Origin: Sphaerodactylus townsendi
Taxonomy: Eukaryota
Assembly: GCF_021028975.2 (NCBI RefSeq)
Contig: NC_059434.1
Coordinates: 34,100,001 to 34,164,000 of the forward strand
Direction of reading: 5' to 3'
DNA: 64,000 nucleotides
Below the pieces are notes generated by a model. The model had not been told where the DNA came from and searched no databases. It saw only the letters and a program-made list of their open reading frames with translations. Numbering within the stretch: the stretch's first letter is position 1; every line of letters begins with the position of its first letter. The translations under genes were made by a program, and so were the position numbers. Below, in pieces: positions 49,939-63,366 of the stretch.

Positions 49939-51533
49939 GAAAGAGGGCTTCATGATGTCACAGGCAGAGACACAGCTGTGTAAAATGGAGCCCAGGACAA
50001 GCCCGATGACTCACCCAGCCAGTGAGCCAGGTCTGTTTGATGCTGGGCTCAGCTTGACCTGAGCCCATTCAGCCCACCATTGAACTGAACAGCTGGGTTG
50101 ACTGGCTCCAGCTTTATAAGGTGGCTCTGTCTCCCAAGCTCCACCTGACTAGATGTTTGAAAAGTGGGAGAAGGATGGGATGACACAAGTGTAGGAGGAC
50201 ACCATTATGGATGGGGGAGAGGGAGGGAGGGAAAAAAAACATTGTGCCTTCCCTGCAAAGTGGGAAAAATTGTGTTTTCCCACACTTGAAAAACACAGGC
50301 TTCCCCTTAAAAAAAGCACAGTCACTTCAGAACAGTTGCGTAAGGGAAAATCTAACTTGATTCATATATCAAAGCTGTTGTGTAATTAAAATTTTTATTT
50401 GAAGCAAAAGGATTTTCATGCCCTTCCCCCCATCCTGATGTGGCTAAGAGTTCTCAGATGAGGACCTACTGGAGTCTCACAGAGACAAGCCAGCTGTTTC
50501 AACTGAGCAGCAAGATTTACAGTCACAGGCACCCAGCTCAAAGCATATCAAAAGTATCTGGCAAGATGCCAACAGTTCTTCTGAATCTCCAGACACTATC
50601 CAGCGTTATAGGCAGACGCTGAGGATGGTTATGAAGGAAAGAAGATGTTCAGCACATATGCAGGGTTGGTGCAGCAGAGTGTGCTGAGTCTTTTTTGCAG
50701 CTCTCCTGTTCAAGCAGCCCAGATGGATTTAATGAGCTGCTGTGAAAGCCAAAGCTGTGAATGCAACATGTTGTTTTCCCTGACGCTGCCTGAACTCCAT
50801 TGCTCTGTTTCCAAACTGTGCTTTGACCTCAGACCAGCTTGTGATGACCTTGACTTTGGCTACTCCCCTCTGGTGTGTGTTTCTTAGTGTGTGACTAACT
50901 GGCTTGTTTGACCCTGCTTCCTAGACTCTCCCTCTGGCCTGGTATGCATCTATGTTTGAACTTTGCTTACTGCTCACTAGCTTGGACTGTCATAAATATG
51001 TTTCCAAGTCTCAGGCCCTGCTGTAACTGTTCCTACTGCCAGCCTCTGAGCCTCCTCAGTTTGGTGCTACCATGGAAGCACACCAACCCTGTCCAGCCTG
51101 TACAAGGCTTCTTGAAGCAGGCAACACTTTGGTGCATAATGGGCCACTGTAACCTGACTGGTATTAGTCAGTTTTTCTTTTGCATCAGACTGCTTTTTCT
51201 TAGGTTAGTCAAGTTGATCCTACTTCAGGTCACTTTGTACCTCAACAGAAGCTGGACATTCTGACCTAGTTCATGATCCATTAGATGTTGTCTAACTAAA
51301 TCTACTCCAGTCCCTTACAGAGCAAATTGCACCTAAAAGATTGATGGCAAGATTCACATCATGGCTTTCTATGCTTCAAATCCTGCTCTTTCTTTTGCCT
51401 GTTCTATAATTGATTCTTGTAAATATTTCCAAAATTATTTCTTTCCCATTACATCTGAAGCATATGAGCTCTGGATCAAGCAACCTCATGTTGGAATATA
51501 TTTTGTTAGGATTTAGGATCTTGCTGAACCTCT

Positions 51534-51673
51534 GGTGGATTCCGCATGGGCCAAAAACAGTGGTGTGAAAATGGTATGAAAATGGTGTAAACCCTTGACA
51601 CCGTTTTAAACCATTTTACACCATTTTCGCACCATTTTCACACCACTGTTTTTTGGCCCATGCAGAATCTGCC
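51534..51673. mobile_element. Palindromic Harbinger-type MITE
   Basis: GGTGGATTCCGCATGGGCCAAAAACAGTGGTGTGAAAATGGT / ACCATTTTCACACCACTGTTTTTTGGCCCATGCAGAATCTGCC; flanks TCT/TTT. Confidence 0.75.
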
Positions 51674-54600
51674 TTTGTTTTATGGGCATAGAAAGACTAA
51701 GTTTAATCCATGAAGTTGTTCAGTTAACCTTGGTCAGGTCACTGGCATATGTGCAATCATTGACAAATGTTTCAAATCAGGGCTTTCCTGCTTTTCCCTC
51801 TGTTTGCAACCCACTGAACACCCCTATGTCATTTCTCCCAATCAGTGAACCTTTTGGACAGCATAGGGGCAAACTGGCATATTGGCAGAAATGGTTGCTC
51901 CTTGTTCCACAAATGGAAATGCCACCCAATTGGAAAACTTTTCAGACTTGAATACATACAATGGTATCTCAGGACTATTGCAAGGATAGCATTGTGAGGA
52001 GGAGTATAGACTGCTTAGCTGTTTGGAGGAAGGGCATGATAAAAATGTAACAATTTTTAATTGTTAAGGAAGGTAACCTTAAAGGGCAACTGTACCATTA
52101 TCTTCTATTAGATTCTGCAGAACTGCATAATTAACTCCCCCAGTTTAAATAGAATTTATGTATGATTTACTACATCTGGATCTTATTCAAAATATTTTTA
52201 TGTGTGGTTAGAGAATGGCATGCCCAACTTTATGATGAGAGGAAGTTTCACCTCTGTTAGAATAATAAAAGCAGTGGTTGTTTGAGTTTCAGATTTTTGG
52301 CACATTTGAGCAGGCTGAATATTTGTGTGAATAAAAATCATTTAATGTGACTTCTATGGTTAATGGAAATGTGAAATGCAATGCCTTGGCTTGTTTCTAA
52401 TCTGTATTAGAGAAATGCCAAACTGTCAACAGTTCCTGAACACCATGAATGTTGTAGTTCTTCACACCCCTTTGAGTTCATATCAATCATTTCCAAATAA
52501 CCACTTTTTTCAGAATGAGCTGTCACTATTAATTTGAATAGTGGCTGTTCGTCTGGAATTAATCCAGGTTTTTTTTCCAGCAGACCATTTGGCTTTTTAT
52601 ACTACAAACCAAGCACCCCTCCCCTTTACTCTTCATTATAATGACATAGCTTTAAAAAAATCCTGAATTTGCATATATTTCCATTTTATTTTAATAGATA
52701 TTCTAGTATTTTATTGAATTGAATTAGGAGCTGGCATAATTGCTTTCCAAATGTGTACAGGTCTGTCTGTCTGCTTACTGATCTGCTTCACTTGTGTCAG
52801 TGTACCTGCTCCCAGGCTGACTTTGCACAGTAAAAATTCACTGTGCTATATCCGGGAGCACAGCTGTCGTTGCACTTTTTACCCAGCTATTGACTTTGCA
52901 CTGCTCCCTGGTTCTCCTCCACTTGCACTGCGAAGTCTTCAGCAATGTTTTCTACACATGTGTGAAGAACCTCCGTTTCCCGTGTTCTGATTGGTTGAAT
53001 CTTCCCCTCCCTGTTCCCCCCACTCACTTTCACCAATTTAGTTTAAAATGACTCAGGTGCTGGGAATTGGAGCCCTCATCTCCCCCGGTCTAAAACTCCT
53101 TGGATGTGCAAGGGAATCACCACTCTCCTGTTTGCAGCGCCTTCACACGCCACTTTTCAGCAAGGTTTCTCCCTTCGTGTTTTTTATTCCACTGCAAGGC
53201 GGGAAGGTGCCCATTCATTGGAGGGTCGGGCCAGAGTGGCAAGGCAGGAAAAATGGTCTCGTTCTGCTGCTGAGCAGTTTTCACAGCAGTGGAAGCCACC
53301 GGAGCAACAGAGGGGCATTCCAAAAGGTCCCCAACCTTTGTGGTTCTGTAAAGTCCCAAAGCAAAATCACGGCTGTTGGGCGGTGCTGGGACAACAGCAT
53401 GGCAGACACACTGCAGAGCCAGGAGCTGTGGGGAGCTCTCCATTGTACCGGGGCAATCCCTGTGCCAACAATGAGGCATTTTTAATGTTCAAAATCAGCC
53501 CCATGGATATCTGAGATGGAGGAGAAAATATGTATTTCTAGGAAATCCTGTGACCGTTCCTATTTACCAACACCCCAAAGAAATGAGACCATATCATGTT
53601 TAGCTAAAAATTAGCTGATCTATGTCATCACTATTAAATATGCTAACATTTATGGGGCTGGCTGAATAAGGCCATGGCTGGCTTTGGTTTGGCAACTCCA
53701 CCCTGGTTCCAGACTTCAAAGGCATATCTGGGTGGGGAGGCAGAGGTGGCAGAAAATCCAGGCACCCTTCACCTCGGTCACGTGGGGAGGGGCACATTTT
53801 GGCTACCTGCCTCTGCCTTCTCTCCCCCTTGTGCCCAGCCCCCAGCCAAACTCCCCTTGCCCTCCATCAAGCCCCCCACCAAACTCCCCCCCCAGTGTGC
53901 TACCAATGGCAGCACCACTTGAAGGGATAGAGGAAAGCTAGATGCATTTTTAAAATGCAGCTAGCTTTCCTCGGTTCCTCTAAGTGGTTCTGTGGCTGAC
54001 AACACACTGGGGGTGGGGACAAGGCCAGGGAGGGTGCACTCTTTATTTGGTCTTGTCCCCACCCTCAGTGTGTTGCCAGCTCTGGCATCGCTCAGATGGG
54101 CAAAGGAAACGTTTGTTAGCTCTTTTGCAGAGCAGGAGAAGTTCAGCTGGGGGTCGGCGGGAGGCATGGCGCCCGAGGCAAGCCCCAGACACCATTTTGT
54201 TACAATATGCCACTACCAGACTTGGCCAGCAGTAGCCACTGGCCTTGTTTATCCAGTGATGGTTTGTTCAGGACATGTCCTCAAACATACCCATTGGCTA
54301 AAGTAAACTACCTGCCCTGTCCTTAAGCCTAAAAAGATCAAAGGCCAGACCTGTTTAGTAATCTAGCACCTTTCCCTTGCTTCATTATGAAGCAGGTAAG
54401 TAAAGACTCCCCGTGTACCCAATCAAGAGAACCCCAAAAATCCCTGCTTGGTCCCCAGACTGGCAAACAGCTAATCCTGTGATAGCTACATTCTGCAGCA
54501 AGCAGCAAAAGCCTGCAAGAAAGGGAGCGAGGCTTGAATATAAAACCCCTTCCCTACACACTTCCCAGTGGAGAGTCATCCTTCAGCCAGCAAACTAGGA

Positions 54601-55351
54601 GCCTCATGCTTTTTTTTAAACCAGGGCAGATAGATCCATAGCTTCACTGTCATGAATACAACTTCCCAGAAGAGCCTCCCAAAATACCCATAAGTAAAGG
54701 GGGGGGAAAGCTGTCTGATAAGATGGGCCCAATTGAGTTTGAGCCTCCCAAAATTCCTCTCTCCCAAAAGAACAGGACATGTCTTCCAGGCAACCTTTAA
54801 TAATTGATACTATCAGCCTAATACCAAGTTAATCTCTGTGCTTTTAGTTATTTGTATAGTTCCATCCATTCTTGCAAGTTTTTTTTTCTGATGAATCTTC
54901 TGAGGATATTATCTGGACATTAACATATTTGCCTAATATCCTTTGGAATGTTTGATAACTGACACCCAGTGATATTTCATTTCAGTATTCAATATCTGAA
55001 AGTAGGTGCTTGATAGAAGTTGCTGACCAGCAAGCGGTAATGTTTATTAGGTCATTATTGTGGTGGCTGCACAAATGGCTATATGAGAACTCTGTAAATA
55101 TCCATTTGAATTCTAAAGAACTAGAAATGATATAGCCAGCTAGAAGGGAAAACATATTTTAAGATCTGGTGGATGCCTAGCAAAATGAAGCAGGGAGGGA
55201 GGAGGTTATAGTAGACAGAATGGAGAATACATAGAATGGTTTCTTCACCCAGTTTGGGTTTTCTGAACTACCTTGTTTTCTTTCAAAGTGGAGCCAGCTG
55301 ATCCATTAAGAATTGTTGATCAATTATTTACTTCTTAATATTATTTTAAAA

Positions 55352-55844
55352 TAATATGGCCTCATACCTTTGGGACCGCATTACTCCATATGTCCCTACT
55401 AGGCCTCTGCATTCAGCTGAGGCCAATTTGCTGGTAGTCCCTGGCCCCTCAATGATGCGGCTGGCCTCCACGTGGGCCAGGACTTTTACAGCCCTGGCCC
55501 CTGCCTGGTGGAACACTCTTCCTCCAGCTGTCCGGGCCCTGCGGGATCTTGGTGAGTTCCGCAGGGCCTGCAAGACGGAGTTGTTCCGCCGGGCTTTTGG
55601 AGTGCCCAGCCACTGATATGAGTGCCCCCGCCTCCTCCTACATTTCGGGCCCACTACCATCTATGGGCCCATTCTTTTTCTCCCCTTTTGGGAGAGTCTA
55701 ATAGGAATTGTTGCGGGCATTGTTGTTTGTCGTTTATTAATTGCTGCATTTTAACTTAAATTATTTACAGTCCATTATGTAATTGTTAATTTATGTTGTT
55801 CACCGCCCAGAGCCCTTCGGGGGTTGGGCTGTCTATAAGACTGA

Positions 55845-55884
<40 letters not shown>

Positions 55885-55888
55885 AAAA
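55352..55888 (+). mobile_element. L2 LINE 3' end
   Basis: YLWDRITPYVPTRPLHSAEANLLVVPGP....LAST.AR.F.ALAPAWWNTLP..VR....L..FRRACKTELFRRAF; 3' hairpin CCGCCCAGAGCCCTTCGGGGGTTGGGC; (AAAT)n tail. Confidence 0.9.
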
Positions 55889-55998
55889 TGGTATACAGTA
55901 ATTCCATGTTTCTTTTTATTACTGATGCACACTAATAAAGCATTACAAAAAAGAGCAGTCTTCATAGAATTTGTATGTGTGGTATGTCACCATTATGC

Positions 55999-56236
55999 AA
56001 GAAGAAGAAGAATTTGGATTCATACACTCCCTTTATCTCCTGCAAGGAGTCTCAAGATGGCTTACAAACTCCTTTTTCTTTCCTCTCCCTGCAGCAGGTA
56101 CCTTGTGACTGAGAGAGTGGGGCTGAGAGAGTTTTGAACTAACTGTGACTAGCCCAAGGTCACCCAGAAGAAATGTAGGAGTGGAAAAACAAATCTAGTT
56201 CACCAGATAAGAGTCTGCCACTCATGTGAAGAGAGG
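55999..56236 (-). mobile_element. Squam3-like SINE
   Basis: (GAA)n + TTTGGATT tail, AACTGTGACTAGCCCAAGGTCACCCAG core; matches 7453-7740. Confidence 0.7.
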
Positions 56237-56239
56237 CTT

Positions 56240-56530
56240 GGTCAATATCCTAGAAATTCGGTAAAATTTGGTTTTGGATTTATTCAGGCATGAAATTGTC
56301 TGTATGCCCAAATAAGACAAATAACATATTTGTATATACTTGAATATTTGGGAAACCTACCTGAAACATTTGGATCCGTCTGATTTTTTTTTGTATTTTT
56401 GGTGGTTTTTGCATTTTAGCCTGCAGGGGGTGCATTTTTAAAGCTAGTCGTACTACATTTTCAGAGTCTCATCTATAGTCTGCCCTGATTATACCAACTA
56501 AGATTGGTAAAGTTTGGTTAGGGGGGTCCA
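56240..56530. mobile_element. Fragment of the hAT-like family seen at 10812 and 30798
   Basis: GCATTTTAGCCTGCAGGGGGTGCATTTTTAAAGCTAGT...CCTGATTATACCAAC..AGTTTGGTTAGGGGGG matches 10975-11090. Confidence 0.6.
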
Positions 56531-59450
56531 CAGAATACATAGATGGACACTGTAGTCTTGAATGCTTCTTTGACTTGGATTTCAACCTGCATCTCTTTAA
56601 AGAACACCTCTCACTTTTACAGATTCACTTGCTGATATGTACCTTCTGCGAATGTTCTAGAGGTGAGAAGAGAAGGTAAGGTTGTATCTATGCCTCTTTC
56701 TGCCTGTATATCTCAGAAATATGGTAACAGTGGCCACTGCAAGAGGTATGGAAAGTTAGAGGAAATCTTTGGTGCCTCCAGCTTCTGTCCCTTTTATACC
56801 TCCCTGGTGCTGTGGTAGCATTTATAGAAACTAGGAAATACAGCATGTTTCCCCTCAAGGTCTGCTATCTTTTATTTGGCAACTGTTTTGGTAGAATTAT
56901 AAGCTATTTAGCCCCCACACTGAAATAGGCTTTGGTTGCCAGGTACCCCCTGGCAATTGGCAAAGGATAAGAGAGGAATTTAGTTGCAAATTTAGACATA
57001 GGCTTTTGTCACTGGTAGCATATCAAAGTACTTCCAATGCACATGGGAAGTATCATCATCACTTTGCCAGTGTCAAGGAGATGCTCCAGTATTTGGGCAA
57101 AAATGTATTTGGTAGAAGATGTTTTTACAACAAAATTTTGCCCTAATATCCATATGGGGTGCTGGCAGATGATGATGTCACTTCTTATGCATACCAGAAG
57201 TGGCATACCGATGTCACTGGCAACATAGGCATCAGTTTGCTGCTGGTAAGTCCTCTTGCCAGCAGGCTGAATGGCATCAGGAAAAGGGCCCTGAAAGTAG
57301 GGGCTACCCTGCCCCTCTAGTGGCCTGAGAAATACACTGTCATTTCATCCCTAATATTTTTATGCTTTATTGTCTGGAGAGTAAATATCAAGGTTTGTTG
57401 TACAATTATGTATTTCAAGTTGATTTTAAAATGGAAAAAATAGATTTCATGAATTAAGTGGCCTATGTATTGAAGCATATAGATCTATTATTAACTGCTA
57501 GTTCCCTAGACAACAATCTAGTCATGTGTAATTTTCTAAAAGAAAAGATGAAGGAAATGAAACTGCAAAGCTTTTATTATTTTTGTCAAGACAAGTAAGG
57601 ACCTTTATGATGATACAAATAAAATAGGGCATCTGTTTGTATATTTATGAATGCATTCTTACATACTCCAACCAATTTTGTTTTGTTTTTTCAATTATTG
57701 AAGGCCACCAAGATGTAGTAGTTAGATCACCAAGATGTAGTAGTAGTTGTTTTCCCACACGATGCTATTTTTTTTATTTGGCAACTATTTTGGAAGCATT
57801 ATAAGCTCTTTAGCCCACACATTGGGCTCTTTGTCCCTTAATACTGGACTAGGATTTGAAAGATCCAGGTTCACATCCTCACTCTGTCATGGAAGCTTTC
57901 TGGGTGGCCTTAAGCCCATGCCACTACTGCACAAAGTTGTTGCAAGGATAAAATGGAGAACAAGAGACTAATGTATACCATTGGGGAGAGAGGTGGGGTA
58001 AAAATGATATAGATAAATTAACTAATTCCATAAAAATTATAGCATATTGCTATGCTTCTAAGCAGATATGACAATAATTATTGAAACTGACACCTGAAGG
58101 TACAAACCACATTTCAGCTATTAGATCTGATTTGTATATCATCACTTATTGATTTAGTGTTTCCATCTTGATAGTGGAAGAAAGGATTTGATATTTAGGA
58201 AGCATTATGGAATTTATTGTTGACAGGAGATTCTAACAACTAATACGAAACTAGTCAATTAAAAGAAATACAGCTTTGTTGCTCTGCCAAATGAAAATTC
58301 CTGTAACTGCTTTTAAGTTTGCATCATGCCATTAAATGTAATGTGATCTTACAAAGCAAGCTTTCCCAATCCACAACTCAGTTGAGGTGTAATATTTTGA
58401 CATAGGTTGACAAGTCACGTGATGTTATCCATTGCTATTTGGAAATATGCTCCATAGAGCTCAATGGGACATTTCTGAGTAAACAGACCTAGGACTGAGC
58501 TGAATTAATAGCCTCAGGCTAATGACTGCTAGCAGCTCTATACAGCTTTGCACTGTACTAGTGAGTGTGGCATCTCATGCTAGCTAGCTGTGGTGGAATT
58601 ATGCAGCTTTTCCATTTCTGTCTCTTAAAATATAGAAAAATTGCCCTTTAAGAACAGTGGACTATGGACCTTCTGTATTTCTACTACCACTGCTGTATCA
58701 TTTTCTTTGTTTAAACTTTTACCCTTACAATAACCTTTGTGTTAAACATGAATTTATTAGGATATTTCTATGCTGTTTCTCCATAGGCCAGAAGTGACCC
58801 CAGAAATTTTCAAAATACAAAACAGGGAATTTAAATATAAATTTTTAAAAAACTAGATCTGGGTGTGTCTTAATTCACTGTGATTACTAGGACACATTAC
58901 AAACTCAAAGCCCGTTAGTTCTTACCTTTTAGCTTGCATCTGTGAGAATGTCCAGAACCTTCAAAAAGAGAAGACAAACTGATCAGGATCCTTTCCTACT
59001 AGGGCCAGTTGAAGAATGAGGCATAATTGCAATCAACAAGCTTCTGTGGATTTTGGCTCAAGTCCCTGTGGCTACCTGACTTTGGCTCATTATATGTCAG
59101 CACTAAGCCCAAATTTCAGTCAGCACTGTATTCCATAGAACTGGCTTCAAATGAATGTTTTTTCATAGACATGGCATACTGCTCGGGCTTGTTGAAGCCA
59201 GGGTATCTGTTTCACTATTTTTAAATGACTGCTTTCTTGGGCAAGATTACCTGTTTTAAGCACCAACAAATGCTATACAAATTCACTAATACTTAAGGGA
59301 AATCTTACTTCATTAAAAAAAAAAACCAGCAGATTGCTAATATATGGACACGTTATGTCAGCTTGTGTTAGTCATACTTTGTTACACTATTAAACCTCAA
59401 TTAATCCCCCTACCAGATAGCTTCCATGAAGCAAATTACTGCCAGAGACA

Positions 59451-60220
59451 GGTCTGTTCTGCAAAGCACAAAACAGATGTTCAGGGGACATCTTTAAAAG
59501 AGGTGGCTGCTGATTTGGTTCCAGTCAGCAAAGGTGTCAGAGGGGAAAAGAGGCTTTTTCATGCCCAACTGTTTTGCTCTCTGGTCAGTTTCACCATTTG
59601 CTTGAGTCCAACATTTTGTGTGCTGCTGAAGGGATTCTCCCTGCCTCTATTTGCTGAAGGCTGCCCCAGGATGTTTGCTCTGCAGACTGCAGGCTCTGTG
59701 TAATAAGAAAAAAACTGTCGGTTCGCGGAGGGCAGGTCAACCCAATGCTTTTCAATGGGTAGTAGAACCATCTTCCAAATAGCTAAGATTCTCTTATGTG
59801 TGTCTGCATAGCTACAATTTTTTAAAAGAAAAACTATATACTACCAGAATTGACAGGACCAGCTGAAAACAACTATGTACTTTTTGGGCTGAAATAGTAC
59901 CCAGTGTTGGAGTCAGCACAGCAACTGGGTCAACCTTCAGAAAAGGAAACAGGAAGAATCCATTCAGAAGCACATAAAATGTCAGGCACAAGCGAAGAGT
60001 AAACTGACGAGAGAGTGAAATGGTCAGGTGGGAAACATCAGACACGTTTGAGCTCTGCATTCTGCACAGCCACGAAGAGACGTCTTTTAGGCACTATAGA
60101 AAAAAGGTGCACTTCGAAGGATTAAAAAAACCCAACAACCTTGAACTGAAATAAGGCATACAGAGGATGTCTTGGGGGGGGGGGGGGGAAGCTGTGTGGA
60201 ATTCCTTCCCAAGATGCCTT
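59451..60220. mobile_element. Dispersed repeat with internal inverted arms, copy 2
   Basis: Same outer flanks as 23268-24070; arms ~59570-59690 and ~59915-60025. Confidence 0.75.
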
Positions 60221-60237
60221 TTTTAATGTTCTCAGGA

Positions 60238-61040
60238 TGGTTGTGGTGGGTTTTCCAGGGTCTGTAGCTGTGGTCTGGTAGATCTTGTTCCTAACGTTTT
60301 GCCTGCATTTGTGGTTGGAATCTTCAGAGGTGTATCACAGAGAGAAGTCTGTTACACACTGTGTCTAGTGAGAAGGGAATGTTTAGTGGGGTATATATTG
60401 TCCATGACCCAGGGTGGGGAACCAATCAGTAAGTGTTTGGGTGGAACTTGCTATGCAAAGGTGTGTTTGAGTGCGGTGTATTGAGGGTGGGTTTATCAGT
60501 CCATTTACATTTGTAGCCACATTTGCATTCCCTGCAGAAGCAGCAGTATTGGTGGATGCAAATCCTGTGTCTGGGTGGAGTCCATTGTACATGTCCTTGG
60601 CCTTTGATTCTGGTGTTTTTAAGTACTGGTAGCCAAGCTTTGTTAATTTTCAGAGTATCATCTTTCTTGTAGAAATTGTCTTGGTGTTTGTGAATTTCAG
60701 TGGTTTCCCTGTGCAGTCTGAAATTGTCCAGAATTTCAGTGATTTCAAATAAAATGTTATGTCCAGTTTTGTTTAGGACATGTTCTGCTACTGCAGATTT
60801 TTTCAGGATGGTTAAGCCAACAGTGTCTTTCATGCTTCTTAATACGAGTCTGAATGCTGCATTTTGTGGGTTTTTTTGTAGACCTTTCCACAGCTGCAGG
60901 GTATGCGATAGACTCCTGCAGAAGTGAGGGGGTCTCTTGTCCTTTGCTGAGCATAGCATCTGCTGTATTTTCCTGGAAGGTTTGAAGAGGGTTTGTAGGT
61001 TATGTTTCTTCATCAGTTTCCCTATTGGATCTGTGATTCA
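60238..61040 (-). mobile_element. Penelope-like element 3' part (GIY-YIG endonuclease + pLTR)
   Basis: KKHNLQTLFKPSRKIQQML.SAKDKR..AGVYRIPCSCGKVY..TTK.SIQTRIKKHERHC...EKSAVAEHVL.KTGHNILFE.TEIL..RLHRE..EIHKH..NF.K......INKAWLPVL. Confidence 0.9.
60290..60330 (-). ncRNA. Degenerate minimal type I hammerhead ribozyme motif in Penelope pLTR
   Basis: Minus strand CCT-CTGAAGA-TTCC...AGGC-AAAAC-GTTA-GG; CUGANGA intact, GAAA core mutated to AAAA. Confidence 0.6.
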
Positions 61041-62581
61041 ATGATGCTGGTCTGATATTCAGTGTATACCAGATAAAAATGGTTTTATTCAGACTTGTTA
61101 TATTTGCTGTAGAGCAGTCTTGACAACTATCGATAAAGCACAATGCCCCTGAAAATAGCTGAACTCATTATGCTAACATCCTTACTTCAAGTTACTTTTC
61201 TGAAATAGTCCTAATTGAAGTCTATGCTATTAGCAGGAGAAACCAGAGAACTTGTAGATCTTGGTTCATTTGCTTACGTGAGTGCTGAAAACCATATGGC
61301 AGCCTGTGAAGTTTATTATCATTTTTTATTTTTAAAATAAAAAGACAGCTCTGTTTTACAAGACAAGAGAAAAACACCCAGGAGGTTATTTTAAAACTTT
61401 CTGCAGAGATAAAGCATACAAATGCGTAGGAGAGTTTGATTTTGACTAGAGCACCCCACATTGAAAGCCGTCTTATACAAACAAATGGTAATTTTCAATT
61501 ATGCTATAAATATTCATAAGCTCACATTGAAACAAAAAGAAAGTACACTGGCAATTTCTTACCTGTGTTCATTGTTGCTTCTATTTCCTGGGCAGTTTAT
61601 ACTTCATAATAAATTTCTGATGCACTGCAAGGATATCAACACTGTCCCTAAAGTAACATTTCTCTTTGAAGGGCTGAAACTGAGGGCCCTCTATGGCATT
61701 GTAAATCTTAGTTTTCATTTGTAATATAGGAGTCGTAAAGAGAAGAAAAAATATTTAAACTTCAGAGAAGAGCTATTTTCAATACCGGATTGTTTTGGCT
61801 GTAAAGGAATGAGTAGATAATAGGAATTTTTGAATTCATAAAGATTTGCTAGAGAGAGAATACCAGAGCATCTGAGCCTTGGGGAATCTACAGGATACAT
61901 GAGTGACCAAAAAACTAAGGAGGTCTACAAGGATTAATTCATTTTTTCCTGGTCACATGAGCTACAATAGGAGTATAGAAATTACAGGATACCAACATAA
62001 CATGTTTAAATAAAATAGAAAATATCTGTAGCATGATTTGCTGAAAGTACTACTCAGAAAACACAAGTTCATTTGCAGTCAATTTTTAAAATAAGTTTAA
62101 ATAAAGGGATAGAATTGGGTCATATTAGATTGGGTAATTAGAAAGAAAATCTTGGTGCTTTTAATGCACAATAGGGGATCTGTTGTGACATCCAATTCTA
62201 TGAAAGTCTTTTTAAAACAAATTCACTTTTTACAAACTCATAGAAAAACTCAAGATAAATAAATCTCTAACTTCTTCAGATCCCACATCCCAACAGCATA
62301 GTGATTTGTTTTGTGGTGAATCCCCTGGGTTTTTATCAGCACACTGGTGGACAAACTTCAATCCATCAAAGGAAAGCTAGCAAAAATCCCTTTTATAAGA
62401 TAAGAAATATGCTTATGTTTATTTAAAGTGTAAGGATATGATTTATGTTGGTCTGGGGAATACGTCTAATAATACAACAAAAGAAAAGAATGCACTACCC
62501 TTTGTTTTGTATGAACTACAATCACTAATACCGTAATACATCTAGCTTAGTTGAACACTGCTGGAATTTTCACACGCATGC

Positions 62582-62766
62582 NNNNNNNNNNNNNNNNNNN
62601 NNNNNNNNNNNNNNNNNNNNNNNNNNNNNNNNNNNNNNNNNNNNNNNNNNNNNNNNNNNNNNNNNNNNNNNNNNNNNNNNNNNNNNNNNNNNNNNNNNNN
62701 NNNNNNNNNNNNNNNNNNNNNNNNNNNNNNNNNNNNNNNNNNNNNNNNNNNNNNNNNNNNNNNNNN
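62582..62766. other. Assembly gap
   Basis: Run of 185 N. Confidence 1.
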
Positions 62767-63060
62767 AAGAGATGAACTGAGGCCCTGAAGCCTTTTGCCA
62801 GCTTGCTTACTTTTTTGCTAGCACTGAATTATTTATTTGCATTGACAAAACCATCAACAGTTTTTTAAAAGACTCCTATAAATTGGCTTTAGATTTTGTA
62901 AAAGTACATATTGATTCTAAATTTTGAAAACTAAGTGGAGGTGTTGGGAAGGGGAGGAAACTCTGGATTTACATTCAAACAGACTGATTCTGGATTTACC
63001 TTGAAATGAAATAACAGAGGAGAAAAGGTACCCAGCAGCTGAGCTTCACTGAGGGTCCTT

Positions 63061-63366
63061 CAGCAGCAGCCGCGTAGTGGTTAAGAGCAGGTGTACTCTA
63101 ATCCGAAGGAACTGGGTTTGATTCCCTGCTCTGCCGCTTGAGTTGTGGAGGCTTACCTGGGGAATTCAGATTAGCCTGTACACTCCAACACATGCCAGCT
63201 GGCTGACCTTGAGCTAGTCACAGTTCTTCTGAGCTCTCTCAGCCCCACCTACCTCACAGGGTGTTTGTTGTAAGGGGGTGAAGGGGAAGGAGATTGTAAG
63301 CCCCTCTGAGTCTCCAATAGGAGAGAAAGAGGAGATATAAATCCAAACTCCTCCTCCTCCTCCTTC
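63061..63366 (+). mobile_element. Full-length tRNA-derived SINE (Squam3-like)
   Basis: A-box region GCGTAGTGGTTAAGAGC, B-box GGGTTTGATTCCC, core GCTAGTCACAGTTCTT, ends GATATAAATCCAAAC(TCC)n. Confidence 0.82.

Noticed and set aside
50400-51150. Possible old LTR (also ~54200-54800)
   Set aside because: No clear TG..CA boundaries or TSD could be established.
58921-58980. 33-nt minus exon candidate (AAG|GTAAGA donor)
   Set aside because: Weak AAG acceptor and unrecognised peptide; expected by chance in 64 kb.
61275-61630. Possible two-exon minus-strand start (MNT|ESFKITSW...)
   Set aside because: Splice-like signals exist, but the peptide is unrecognised and AT-rich; insufficient support.
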